A program made the translations under genes and the position numbers. Under the pieces are notes generated by a model that saw nothing but the letters and a program-made list of their open reading frames with translations, was not told the DNA's origin and did not search any database. From Basidiobolus meristosporus CBS 931.73 (lineage: Eukaryota; Fungi; Basidiobolomycota): a DNA stretch of 64,000 bases. Position 1 is the stretch's first letter. Every line of letters starts with the position of its first letter. The DNA lies in contig MCFE01000051.1 in the NCBI GenBank assembly GCA_002104905.1, positions 1 through 64,000 of the forward strand. Reading direction: 5' to 3'. Positions 23,343 to 36,900 of the stretch are shown in pieces.

Positions 23343-24774
23343 ATGCCTGACTCATCTAAGCAGACTGCCGGTGACTCACTCTCAAACCTCAATGGTGACA
23401 TATACTCAGTGGGAGGTCTTGCTGTTAATCCCAAGAAAAAACCAGCCTGGGTAAGAGGATATGTGCGATTTCGATACTGAACAATCTGCCTAACTCGCCT
23501 GCCACACTAGATTCCCAGCTCCACCTGGTCACGAGTAGCCGTGCTGGTCGCTGCGTTACAAGGAATCGCAGTAACTGCACTTGAAATAGTTATCACAGTA
23601 AATCGACTTCGATTGGACATCAACGACGAGTACAACAGCATTATCATCTACCACGTAATTATGATGGCTGCCCAACTCTTCGCCTTCATTCTCTGCTGGG
23701 AGGCCGTAAGTAGTGGTTCACCTTGCATCCCCTTGTAAGCGGGTAACTAACAAACTATCCAGATGGTACACAAAAACACCATCCAAGCCATCGCATTTAC
23801 AATCTTCAACTACATTTTGCTTGGGTTTAGTGTGATCTTGTACCTAAAGTATCGATCCATACAGGCACCAGAGGGGCTCTTTGAGGATACTCGATTACTT
23901 GACTTGGCCGTAATCATAGTGATCACTTCATGCTCGGTTGCGTTCACCGGATTGACTTGGGAGATTTACAAGGAGTTTGGCTGGAAGATATTCAAACGCC
24001 TCGGAGCCAACCTGGAGATTCGCCGTAAGAGGTATCGCAAGTTTTGCGCCAGAGGATGTGTATCTGACTGGATATTATTAGGGATGTATAAAGCATACCA
24101 GATCCTGTTGACTCTGCTCAAATTAGACGTATTCTTCTTCATCGGATACTCCGTCCAGTTGGCCACGTTGGTGTATAACAGCGATGATGTCGAGACTTGG
24201 ATCCAACTTACTGTCGCTATTCCTGGCAGTGTAGTCCTCTTGGCGCTGGCTTTCTATGGGGTAAGTTGAGGGAATTCATGCTGTACGGGTCTTGTTGCTC
24301 ACATGGGAGAACTCTTAGCTTCACAAAGAAAAGAAACTCTTCATGTATATCTTTATGGCATGTCTTGCCTTGGTGATCGTGTATTGCATCTACAAGTTCG
24401 TGAAGATGTACCAACCAGACAATCGGTTCGCAAATTCCAGAGAATACTTGACTTTCTTCAGTAAGTAGGATTGCCAATGTGGCCCGTATGTACCTTATCC
24501 TAACAACTCTGATCCCTGCAGACATCACAACCATCATACTGATCATAACGACCATGGTAAATACTTGGATATGCTGCACCAATTTTGGTAAAGGGCTTCG
24601 TGAACAAAGCAAGTAGACCACTGCCTCTCATCTAATGAACGATTTGCTAACCATGTCCACGACATAGTCGAGGCTTACGACGAACGTAGAAACTCCACTA
24701 GCCCGAGACTTTCTCAGGGCGCGCAAATGATCCGTGAATCTGGATGCAATTCTGAGCGTTGGGAAATCGATTGA
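23343..24774 (+). CDS. Multi-pass membrane protein, fungal UPF0658-like family
   Basis: About 7 TM segments; signature YKEFGWKIFKRLGANLEIR...YQILLTLLKLDVFFFIGYSVQ; NFGKGLRE. Confidence 0.7.
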
Positions 24775-24870
24775 TTGCCCATTCACTCAAAGGCAATAGG
24801 CCCAATCTGTAAATAGTATATTCACTCTCACCTCTATACGCCAAGCACTCTGCTCGCTCTCTCTCTCTCC

Positions 24871-25722
24871 TCAAAACGTCAATAATTTATTAGGATTCAT
24901 TGGTTTGGGTTGAAGATTTGAATCACCCCAAGTGGAATAGGGCTTCATCAAATTCTGATGAATATCCGAGAGGTGGTGATGCTTAAACTCAATAAACTTC
25001 TCATATTTTTGGATATTCTCAATATCTTGCGAATGAAGCCAGTGCTCTATCGAGGGTGTCACAAAGTATCGAACGTGATGGCCTTCGGTGAACCGCTCTG
25101 CTGTAAACTCCCCGGACGGCGAATATCTGAAATCTGGGTAGTCGTTGGTTTCTTCAAAGAAACACTGAAAGAGTATGCAGAAAAGGATGATCAAGAACGG
25201 CAGAAACGATACGAAATGGAAACGTGACCTTGACATTCCTAGAATAAACCGGTATGTTAGATGCTCGTGTTCCCTTGATGTCCATGTATCGCTTGATATT
25301 TACTTGGATCGCTTTGTAGTCCGGTTGCTTCACGCCCAGCACCATATAAATCATAGTTTCGCCGAGCATTTTCTTCGACAAGAACAGAGTATGCCTTCGA
25401 TACGACTGGAATTTACCGTTAGCTTTGGACGCGGCGAGTTGATAACAGTCACTCTACCTTTGAAAGCCTCCTCTGCTTTTGAAGAGGGGTTTTTGTCAGG
25501 GTGTAATATCAGCGCCAACTAAGAGTCCGATTTTCTGTTAGCCGTATAGTAGAGCGTGAGGGTAAAGTTTGGGGGTAGAGCGAAACCAACCTTTTTATAC
25601 GCGCGTTTGATCTGTAAAGTGCTTGAGTCTTTGGAGATGTCGAGCACGGTGTAGTATTCGGTAGGGAAATCCAAGATCCGCCTTAGGGCCTCTTCTGGCC
25701 CTTTCTCCATTGAATCGGGCAT
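24871..25722 (-). CDS. DnaJ-domain membrane co-chaperone (DNAJB12/HLJ1-like, possible DUF1977)
   Basis: J-domain YYTVLDISKDSSTLQIKRAYKK|LALILHPDKNPSSKAEEAFK|IVSKAYSVL...RRNYDLYG, then a TM helix and a lumenal domain. Confidence 0.82.
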
Positions 25723-26207
25723 GTTCGATTTGTACTAGAGGTAACAACCAATGTGGCAGCTTTTGCTGAAAATATATCGCTTAGCTTTCCATGGAAAACA
25801 TGCTATTTTGTCTTCAAACGTATCAAAGAGTGATTGCCAAGACCAAGGTAGGCCGCAGCCAACCTTAGCATTGAGTGAGATTGAATTCAACCCTAACCCT
25901 ACAATGCAGGATCACATGAGTAATAATCCTTGTTTAAAAAATACCCAACTTAAGCGATTCGGACGGAGCGGGAAACCCCAAAATGCAACAGCAATGAAAA
26001 CTCACCTATCCCCAAAGGAATTTTACTTCCCCAAATATGAGTGACATTTCTGAGGATTTGTTATATCACAATCATACAATTCTGATACCCCCAGAAGCCT
26101 AAGGGACCCCGCAATATTTTTGTAGTGGTGCTATTCTTATATCAAAAAGTACATCTTGAACCGCTTTGTGAAGCTTAGCTCCGTTTCTCTAAACTCAGTA
26201 AACCTTA

Positions 26208-26756
26208 TCAAACATGGCCCTTCCTCACTACAAGCCTCAACCCAGTTTCGCCGGAGTCACCCCTGAAACTCTCGTTAGAGTGTAAGTTTGGAATCGTCAC
26301 TTTGATTGAGCCAGTATTAATGACTGCATTCCCTGTAGTACACCATCTCTTCTCAAGTGGGGAGTCGCCCTTGGTGCTGCCGCATTCCTCTTTGTTGATC
26401 AAGTTCCCCTTGTCCGCAACCAACTTGTTAAGCTTCCAGTGGTTGGTGCCTACTGGCACCGTTATGACATCGCTCAACCTCAAGAAGATAGCGAATAAGG
26501 GATTTTTTGACACTCTACCCTAGAATAGCGTTAGTCATAGTTCTCTCTCGCCTCGCCTGAATTATTCGTTCTTCTTATCGTTCACAAAGCTCATAACACA
26601 TCACCACATGTTTCCTTCGTAAAATAAATCCTCATTGACACCAGATAACTTGGCCATTGAATATCGGTTGAATATGACTGAGTGCCGTATGAATGATGAT
26701 GTTCCCGCACTTGATGCTGTGGACCAATCAGGGGATGGGATCGGGTGTTGCAGCAT
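26208..26756 (-). CDS. Hypothetical protein; exon join unresolved
   Basis: 101-aa ORF at 26208-26513 follows a branch point and CTAG acceptor; upstream ATG ORF at 26756. I could not find a clean in-frame donor. Confidence 0.3.
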
Positions 26757-26838
26757 ATTGAAAAATTTTTAGATTTGTGATAGAAATAAGCACTTGCGCT
26801 TCTTCGGTCTTCACACTTGTCAATCACTACTAGTAAAA

Positions 26839-27099
26839 ATGGGAGGTCGCGCTGCTTGGAAAGGTCCTTTTTTTGTCAATTTCCCCAATCTCCGTGAGGC
26901 TTTAGCTACCAACGTGCCCATCAAGACCCACGCTCGTGCCTGCACCATCCTCCCCTCCTTCGTTGGTGTGAAGTTCTTGGTTCACAACGGAAAGGATTTC
27001 CTGCCTGTCAAAGTAACCGAAGAAATGGTTGGTCACAAACTCGGCGAATTCTCCCACACCAGAAAGCGCTTCTCTTATCGCCAGACCAAGAACAAATAG
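26839..27099 (+). CDS. RSM19: Mitochondrial ribosomal protein uS19m, intronless
   Basis: [11 protein letters not shown]...[49 protein letters not shown]. Confidence 0.95.
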   Translation: MGGRAAWKGPFFVNFPNLREALATNVPIKTHARACTILPSFVGVKFLVHNGKDFLPVKVTEEMVGHKLGEFSHTRKRFSYRQTKNK

Positions 27100-27525
27100 G
27101 TGAACTCGTCAAAGTTCCTTCTAGATATTACATTTGCATCTTCCTACACATCATGATAAACTCAACGCAATATAACATCCAAACTGTTGCCAGTACAAAT
27201 AATATACCTCCATTTAATTACGTCGTTTAACATGCATGCTTGGCTTTAAGCAGAGTGATAAGCAATCCGGATAGGTAGTCACATGCTGGAGTCCGACCTG
27301 CTTGATTCTGGTTTATTCGAAGTCTAGAGTGTTGGGCCCATGATTGTTTCTATTGGATTCTAGATTGGAAGTGACCTTGAACTGGTGAGTAAATGTTTAG
27401 CTCAATACAGGCGGTGTTACACTCGATACATGACAAGGTGCAATATAAATGGATACATGACAAGGTGCTATATAAATGGTCCCGCATCAGCAAATTGCAA
27501 CCGCATATACAGTTAAAGCTTTACC

Positions 27526-28035
27526 ATGTTTCTTGGCAGTACTGGAACATTGGAGGCATTCCGCCGCTCCTTTCTAATGGGAATTGCCGAGGTGCCTAGC
27601 CTATTTCAGCGCCAGCGCTTTCTGGCCTCTCGTTTTGCTTGGAAAAAGTCCAGCAACCTCGTGCAACTGCTGACCGCGCGCTTCCTGCTAATGGACAAGC
27701 CGTATTGGCGAGAAGACCAGTTGCGAAATTGGCATATCTCTGAACATAGCGGCCATCTCAAAAGGGACTCAGCCTTGGAGCCGTACTCCCTTATCCATCA
27801 AAGGTTCTTTGAAGATATTGTGAATGACCGCACCGTTGTTTCTATAGCACCCGAGGACGTTAAGCTCCCATCGCCTTATAACATTTACTTTTTGTCAACA
27901 CCAACACCCTGTCCTCAATCCAATATCTCTCCTAAATCTCTGCGCTTGACATCCGTCGAGTCTGACTCGGTTGTTAACCAGAAAACCGACCAGTCTGATT
28001 CTCAGCAAGCAGTATCGATTGCGATCAACTCCTAA
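27526..28035 (+). CDS. Hypothetical 169-aa ORF
   Basis: Open frame with a TATA-like element upstream; no recognisable motif. Confidence 0.3.
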   Translation: MFLGSTGTLEAFRRSFLMGIAEVPSLFQRQRFLASRFAWKKSSNLVQLLTARFLLMDKPYWREDQLRNWHISEHSGHLKRDSALEPYSLIHQRFFEDIVNDRTVVSIAPEDVKLPSPYNIYFLSTPTPCPQSNISPKSLRLTSVESDSVVNQKTDQSDSQQAVSIAINS

Positions 28036-28343
28036 TCCGCACAGAATCATTAAACAGATTCCACATTTTTTGTTTACATTTGTACAGCGCTTTGCTTATA
28101 ATCCTAGATGCATAATAAATCGCAACGACTTAATTGACTCAGATGCGTAGTCCAGACTTCCCGATGGAAGAATGCATGGAATATATTTTGTGCATCAATG
28201 GATTTCATTTAGCCGAAGGCTACCATAATCCGTCTCCATCGACCCATGTCTATGGATTTATGCTAACGATACGATCATCTGGTTATTTGTAGCAAAGCTA
28301 CCGTAGTTACGCTTCACCCAGAAAGTGTATCTTCCCTTAGATT

Positions 28344-29485
<1,142 letters not shown>

Positions 29486-29651
29486 ATATACCAGTCGAAT
29501 AAACGATGATCCATAATATTCAAGCATGAGACCTTAACAAATCTCAATTTTATTGTATCAAATTTGTGGTGCGATCCTTGAACCATTTTGTGTTTGCTTC
29601 CTGATTACCTCGACAAAGTATTCGTGGGAGGAGGAATAACTGTGGGGATCT

Positions 29652-30370
29652 CTAAGCGAGAAGAGAGTCCTTCTTGGCTTGGATGCGCTCGGCACGACGT
29701 TCACGAGCAGCCTTGGCCTTGAGACGGTGAGCCTCAGCTTGGTCAGCGATGAGCTTAGCTCTGAGCTTCTCGGCCTTAGCCTTGTGGATGAACTCCATCA
29801 AGACACGCTTGTTCTTGAAAACGTTACCTTTGGATTTCATGTAGAGAGAGTGGTACAAGTGCTTGTCGATCTTGCCGGATTCACGGTACTTTCTCAACAT
29901 ACGACGCAAGACACGTTGGCGGCGCATCCAGAGAACTTGGGTGGGCATACGGGCCTCAGCAGTACCTCTGCGCTTACCAGTGCCGGTGTGACGTCCCTTA
30001 CGCTTAGCGGCAAGCTTCTCGCGAACTCTGAAACGAGAGTGAACAACATTAGGCTTCTTAATGATAAGACCATCCTTGATGAGTTTACGGATGTTTTGGC
30101 CTGAAAAGGGTGGTTAGATGGGGTGTCAATTCGGAGCATGGAGGTTGGTATACTTACGAGAGTTGGCGTTGCCGATTTCGTTGACTTCGTTAGGGTCAAT
30201 CCAGACCTTTCTCTTACCACACTTGAGAACGCTAGCGGCCAAACGCTTCTGACTGCTCAAAGAAACCCTAAATCACGTAAGGGTCAGTTGTCTGCTAGCA
30301 CGGTGGGTCAGAAGGGATGCATCCATGGATGGTTGCATGAGAAACTGAGTTGGATTCATCGGACTTACAT
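29652..30370 (-). CDS. RPL19: 60S ribosomal protein L19 (eL19), 3 exons
   Basis: AT | intron 30268-30368 | [28 protein letters not shown]...[32 protein letters not shown]. Confidence 0.98.
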
Positions 30371-30612
30371 TTTTACTAGAGCAACCTGTCAGGGAATATA
30401 GGAAGAAAAGAGAAGGAAAATCCCATCACAACTCATTGATAGATTTAATTCCCTTTCTTTTGCCCTAACGATGGTGATTGGCTGTGATCCAGGGGGTGTC
30501 CCCATCCATCATTCATGCTAGCAACCCGACTAAATTTGGTGAAATTTTGTACCGATGGTTGTATGCTAGAAATTGACCAACTGCACCAAGTCGCTTCATT
30601 TCGTTTGACACC

Positions 30613-30988
30613 ATGTTGAATTCACCTAAATCCATTATGTATTGCTGGTATGTTTGCTTGTTATTTTTGTCAGGTGTGGATTTGCTTCGGTTGAACTGAC
30701 CCAATTATAACTTTCCCTACACCACAGGGCTGCTCTGGCCGTTGGTAAAGATTTTATGCTTCCTCACTTTCAGTCGATGCTGTGTTAATTTGTCAGGTTC
30801 TTCCTAAGCGGCTGGCGGTGGTTACTACATCGCAAAGAGAGAAATCGATGCTTCCCGTCGTGACAAGGCGATTGCTTCCCGTGCGACTAATCGCGCCAAC
30901 CTTGATGGTAAGTTTCCTCTAGACGCACCTCGCTGTTGGCTTGCTTGTGCTTATTCATATATTATCCACGGTAGCCGGAAAGGCATAA
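30613..30988 (+). CDS. 54-aa single-TM microprotein, 4 exons (absent from the ORF track)
   Basis: Exons 30613-30647, 30728-30744, 30809-30907 and 30975-30988 join in frame to MLNSPKSIMYCWAALAVAAGGGYYIAKREIDASRRDKAIASRATNRANLDAGKA*. Donors GTATGT, GTAAAG, GTAAGT; the second acceptor is AAG. Confidence 0.65.
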
Positions 30989-31224
30989 GAATATCAGCCC
31001 CCTTTGGCATTGACTCGAACGAGCAAACAGCACGCTTTTCGCGAATGTATCTCTAATAAAGTCAATATCCAGCACATCTTTCTAAAATGATGTAATTTTT
31101 CTCGGGGTCCGGCAACCCGGATTTTGATGGTGTCGGTTGGTGTTTATTGAAATTCTGCCTGGATGATGGACAGAGATGCAATGGGAATGATGTCTATATG
31201 CTCTTGGATCAGAAGGGTGCGGAG

Positions 31225-33715
31225 TCAGCAATATCTGCTGAAGCTCTCGCCAAATTCTCCTTTCAGTCTCTTTAAATGCTCGGGACTTTCAGCCTTGATT
31301 TTTTCCGCCATCGCGGAGACCTCGCTCCATTTCGCATTCCTGATCAATGGGTCGAGAATGGTCAGGTACGTTTTCTGGCTGGCGTTGGTCATACCGCACA
31401 CCACAGAAGCTGCCTGCTGAAATTGGCGATGTCTACAAAGGGCTTCAACATAGGAGTTGTAATTGTTCTCATCCAAACGATATTTGCTCCGGACATCCTC
31501 CCATGCTTTCTGAAGCCTGGCAAGGTCCGAGTGGCGTCCATAGGAGTCCAGAAGTACCGAGATGGAGGCATTCATTGACTCGTGCTTGGATGAGCGAAAG
31601 TCCTTTTGGACTCTATCCCATGTTTTTACCACATTGTCATGTTCCTGGATTCGCAAATAATAGTCCATTGTGTTGGTCAATAAGCACAGATCAGGGACAA
31701 TCTGGTTGTCGCTCACTTGCAGCAGGGTTTCTTTCGCCGCGTCAAAGTCCTTGTGTTTGATGTACATATTCAGCATGGCGCTGATCACGTGAGTGTCCGG
31801 GGTCAGGTTGAATGCTTTCATGTCGTTGTATACATTCTTTGCGCTCTGGATTTGGTTGCATTTTGACAGGCCCGATATCAACGAGGTAAATATCGTCAGA
31901 TCGAGGACAATCTCGCGTTGTAGTTTGGTAGCTTCGTAGATATTCAATGCGTCCGCGTATCGACCCCGTTGCATGAACCCATTAATCAGAATTGTGATGG
32001 TAATGATATCGGGCTTCGCTGCGGCTGATTCTCTCATCCGGAAGTAGGTTTCGGTCGACTTATCGTAGTCCGAGTGGTCGATATATCCACGTATCATGAT
32101 GTTGTAGAGTGTCGTATCTGGCGCCGCAATGGCGTTGAAATGCGCCTCTGCTCTGTCCAATTGATGGTTATCAAGATACCCTTTGATGAGAGTTGCTTTG
32201 GTCTGTAAGTCTGGCTCGACATTGTTAACGAGCATAGAGTCATACACTGCCTGCGCGTGCTCTAGATCGCAAATACGAATGTAGCCCTCAATCATGCTTG
32301 CAAAGGCAACATTATCGGGTTTGAATCCACGAGCCTTCATTTCCTCGAACAGCTTGCCAGCACGAGAAAGTTTCCCGTTTTTGGCAAACGCATGGATCAG
32401 AGAATTATAGAGAATTGCGTCGGGACGAAGCTTCGACCTGACTAGGTCCTGGCAAGTTTGTTCGATCAGCTCCAGGTTGTTGGCTCGACTGTAGACGCTG
32501 ATCAACGCGGTGAAGGTGACCAGGTTTGGCTTGATTTTGGACCTCCTCATTTCCTCTAATATCCCGGATATATTCTTGACATCCAAGTTGGCGCCGAAGC
32601 ATCGAATCAGAATTGAATAAGTGACCACATCACCCTTGATGCCTCGCTTCGTCATGTCACGGAAGAATTGCACGGCGGTCCGGGAATCGCGTAGTTTAGC
32701 AAAGGCCGATATCAACGTGTTATAGGTAACGACATCTGGTTCGATGCCGTCAACCACCATCCTCTCGAATAAGGAGATCGCCTCTTTATGGTTGTTTGAG
32801 CGTAGATAGGTATTGATGAGGGTGTTCAAGAACACAAGATCTGGCTTGATGCCCAGCTCTTTCATATCTTGATAAACACCCAATGCCTGATCAGTCATGG
32901 ATGCCTTGGTTAGCGCTTGAATCAAAGCGGTATAGACCATCGTATCCGTTGGTCGGTTTGCTCGATCCAATTTAGTATAGACCGAGTAAGCAAGATTCGC
33001 TTTCGAAAGCTGGGAAAAGGCACTAATCAAGGTGCTACTGAGGTTTTCATTCGTGAGTAGCCCGCTCTTGCGACTCTCCTGGTAAACGATTTCCAGTAGT
33101 TTTACGTTGTTATGTCGTCTACACCACTTGGCCAAGATTGAGTATGTACGTCGATCCAGCGCTATTCCTAACGAAGCCAACTTCCAATATACCGCGAAGC
33201 CGTGCTGAGGGTGAATTTGAGAAAGCGAGTTAACCAGCTCGTTACAAATTGTTGTGGTGGGTATCAAATGGGCACTCTTCATTTGGTCGAGCAGCGTCTC
33301 AACCTTTTCGAACCTGACCGACTGATGCGTAAAAAGATAAAACCGTCCTATATTGCTCTAGCGTGCTTAAAGAGTATCCGCCATTTCTGATTTGGTCTAG
33401 AATCTCATTTCCTTTACGACGTCGTTCAGAAGGGGTCAATGAGCTTCGAAGTAGAAGTCCCAGCGCGTGTAAGGATTCGGACACTATAGTAGCTTTCTCG
33501 TTTGAACTTTCCTGGAGCAGGTGAGAGAAGCTTTTAGGCAATTGAGCAGGCTCACTCTGTTGAAGAGTGGAGTTATTTCGAAGTATTGGTATAGATATGC
33601 GAACAGGTCCCCGAAAGCATCCCAGCACCAGACAATTTTTACGAATGCTTGGGTGAGCCTTCGACAGACTGGTGGTCACAGGTACTCTCAAAAGCGAAGG
33701 AGCAGCTGGGGGCAT
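31225..33715 (-). CDS. Long pentatricopeptide-repeat protein (probably mitochondrial); +1 frameshift near 33313
   Basis: More than 12 tandem PPR motifs (e.g. PDVVTYNTLISAFAK, PNLVTFTALISVYSR). The 138-aa N-terminal ORF joins the 685-aa ORF if one G is removed. Confidence 0.88.
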
Positions 33716-33958
33716 TGGAAGAATACTGCTTCCAAAAGATGTGGATAATTTTTACGATTTAGGCTTTCAAATTTGCCGATTATGTCGGGAGCGATTACAC
33801 ATAATCATTTCAGTGATATTTCCCAAACCTGTGAATGAGGAGAATGAATGGTGGCTCAAATTCTTTATTCAGATGCGCAATCATTTTATTGGATTATGTT
33901 GTTTATTGAAATACCTTGTTGGATGATCTGATCTTTCGGGCTGTATTGAGCATACACA

Positions 33959-36900
33959 TTGGCCGACTTTCGCGAGGTAGGAAACCTACTATCTGACAGT
34001 CCGTTGAATCTTCCTGATCGAAGTGACACTGCCGTCCTTAGGTTTAACGAAACACCAACTTTGACATTGTCTGGTTATCCAGAAAACGACACTCTCGTGA
34101 TTGCACTATGGGTATTCTGGAAAACATACAACGGTAAGTCCATTTCATCCCCTGCACTCCGCTCATTGTTGGTTAAAAATACAGTATTTATTTGTAGTAT
34201 TTCTAACTACATGTACGTTTTACAAAAACTCACCAACGCATACTTGTTTTAGCTTAGAGAACATCCGGGAGAAAATATATACACTTCGGAAGAACTACCT
34301 TCGACTGAATAGATCCCTTTCAACGTTAAGCACTGTCTCCACCCCTGACGGTGGCAACCATGAATCCAGTTAATACCACTTACTCAGATCTGTTTGTTTT
34401 CCATGCACTAAGTTCGATCCAACCCAGTAGGCTCGACTATACAAGAACAGGCTGTGCCAAAACCCGCTTATAGAATTGCCACTGGCTTACATAAGCGTAT
34501 CTCACACAAGGAAGGCTCTCCCAACACTGAAAAGGCGACAAGCAACTCTTTAGGTAAACTTAATTTCGATTTTTTTAACGAAGAAATGAATGCCCGAAGC
34601 CAAGCGTAATCTCCATACGCACAGCTTTATATCTTAACGGGCTATCAGTAGTAGATGATTATAGCTAACATTAGGCCTGCCTGCAGATAATTTTTGTCAA
34701 AGCTCTGAAAGTTCCCTTGAGAAGAATGCCCGGAGTGGGTCATCAAAGAGAAAGAGTATCCAAACAAATAGGAAGTCCAGTAGTATTCCAAATGAGCTCA
34801 ACCATTCAAGAAGTCGTGCCATCCCAATTTCCAAAGCCTCCAAATCAACCATCTTGTTCCATAAAACAAAGTTTGAAAGCGAGTCGGATGCAGATGGTAC
34901 GACTTATAATACTGGTACTACGCAGAGCAATGCATATCAGCAACAACCGCCAAAATCTAAACGTCGATCTTATGCGATGAAGTCTTCGCAGGCCAACCTC
35001 CCTTCTGAGCTACGCCCAGTGGCCCCATTGCCAGTTCAAATCGAAAAGGCCAAAAAAGGTACTAAGAATGTGATATTGATTAGCGACAGTGATGAAGAAA
35101 TGCCAAGTGCCCAAGAGATTGTTAATGACGAATCAGCCGGCGAAATTCGTAGCGGAACAACTACACCGGAACCTCTAGATTTCCTTGAAAATCGGTTCGC
35201 AGGAAAGACTGCTACACACCCAAATCACGACACATCGACAAACATCAAAGCTGTAAAGCCCATTATATACATTAATCCCGAAACTGGAATGAATGATATC
35301 CGTCGAAATAATTGGAAAGTGCCAGAGGTTGTTATACCAATATATAGTAAACCTACAACACAGCCACCCAACACTCCAAAGTATAAGAAACAAGTAATTA
35401 TAGAAATCGACTCGGTGCACAGTTCGAATGCTTTGCGGAAAAGAAAAGCTTCGGATTCTACGAATCATTTGAATGGTTCCTCAGCCTCAAAACAACGTGT
35501 AAAGGCACCTATACAGAGTCAAGGGAATCTGGCTTCTAGAGTAAAGCCACCCGTATCAACACCCGTTCCATACATAACTGTGCCAGAAAGGGTGTCCCAA
35601 CAGCAGCATTTCGATAAAGGTGCCACGACTCTTACCGATGAAACTCAACATCGTTCAGAGATTAACAGCACAGGCATTTTGTCCAACAACCCATGTCCCG
35701 AATCCTCAGAGAAAGACTACGATGAGCCCCTTTTTCCAAATACGTTAGAATTGGATCCTTCGCTCCAACTGCAGGTAACATCACTTTGGTCTGGGCGGCT
35801 GTAATACCACGCAATTAACATCGATCTCATTATAGTTTACGGATTACCCCATAAGAAGCTACAATGTATGCATTATGCAATTATATGGAGGGCAAACTTT
35901 AACCAATTTCTCTTCAGTACGTTCAGGACAAGCGAAAATGCACTACTCCACAAATGCTAGACACCACTCAGGTTTAGTAGAAGCTCCCTATACCGGTTTC
36001 ACGAGTGCATGGAGACTTACCTCCCGTTCCTATAGTTGAATGATCGGCAAACACTCCTATTTTTGAACAGTTACATCCGGATTTGTCAACAACAATTGGA
36101 CTGCCTCCATGAGCCTAAAGCGCATATCGAGCGACCATACATATCACTAGAAGTGAGAAGCAAGCTCGCAACACTAAATCTCCCTTTACAAATTGGTAAG
36201 ACGTGATTGGCAGTTACACGGATGCACAGTAATTAATCGAGAAAATATAGGTGACATAATTCACCATCCGTTCACACAGCAAGAAAAGGAAACCCTTCTA
36301 GCGAATATCGGTTTAGGATGGAACAAGATATCAAAGTGAGCGCATTAGAGACCATTCTGTTGTGAACAAATATTGATCAAGACATATGTAGGCTACTCCC
36401 GGGAAGAAAGCCAAGTGATTGTAAGCGTTTTCATGGCGATTGGAAAAAATCTTCATCGAGGTTTGTTTGGTGCTCGCTGACAGCTTACTAAAAATGAATT
36501 GCACTGATAACCGTTACTCTGGTCTGGAATTTTAGGGATGAATTGATGGAGCCACTGATATTCCTTGAGACAATCGGTAATTAATAAACATCATCAACGC
36601 TCTCCAAGTGTGCTCTACGAACATGTATTCACGTCACAAAAGATCGTTCTCGTTGTAAAAAAGAAACCAAGCCAAAGAAGACTCTGCACAACTTAGTTAG
36701 ACTACGAGAAACTGGTTTTGTTTCGGTGAGTGTGGTTTCTGTGCTTTTATTTTGAAGGACACCCCAGCATTAACCATGGTTGAAATTGCAGCATGCTAGA
36801 ACGTACGATGAACCTTTGGTACGAGGCATGGAATTGGTCACTTCATTCAGTTTCAGCAGTGGTGCTGTTATTGATACAAGCCTGCACCAATCTACAAGGT

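Noticed and set aside
25885-25900. AACCCTAACCCT telomere-like motif (also GGGTTAGGG near 39066)
   Set aside because: Only about two units; not an interstitial telomere array.
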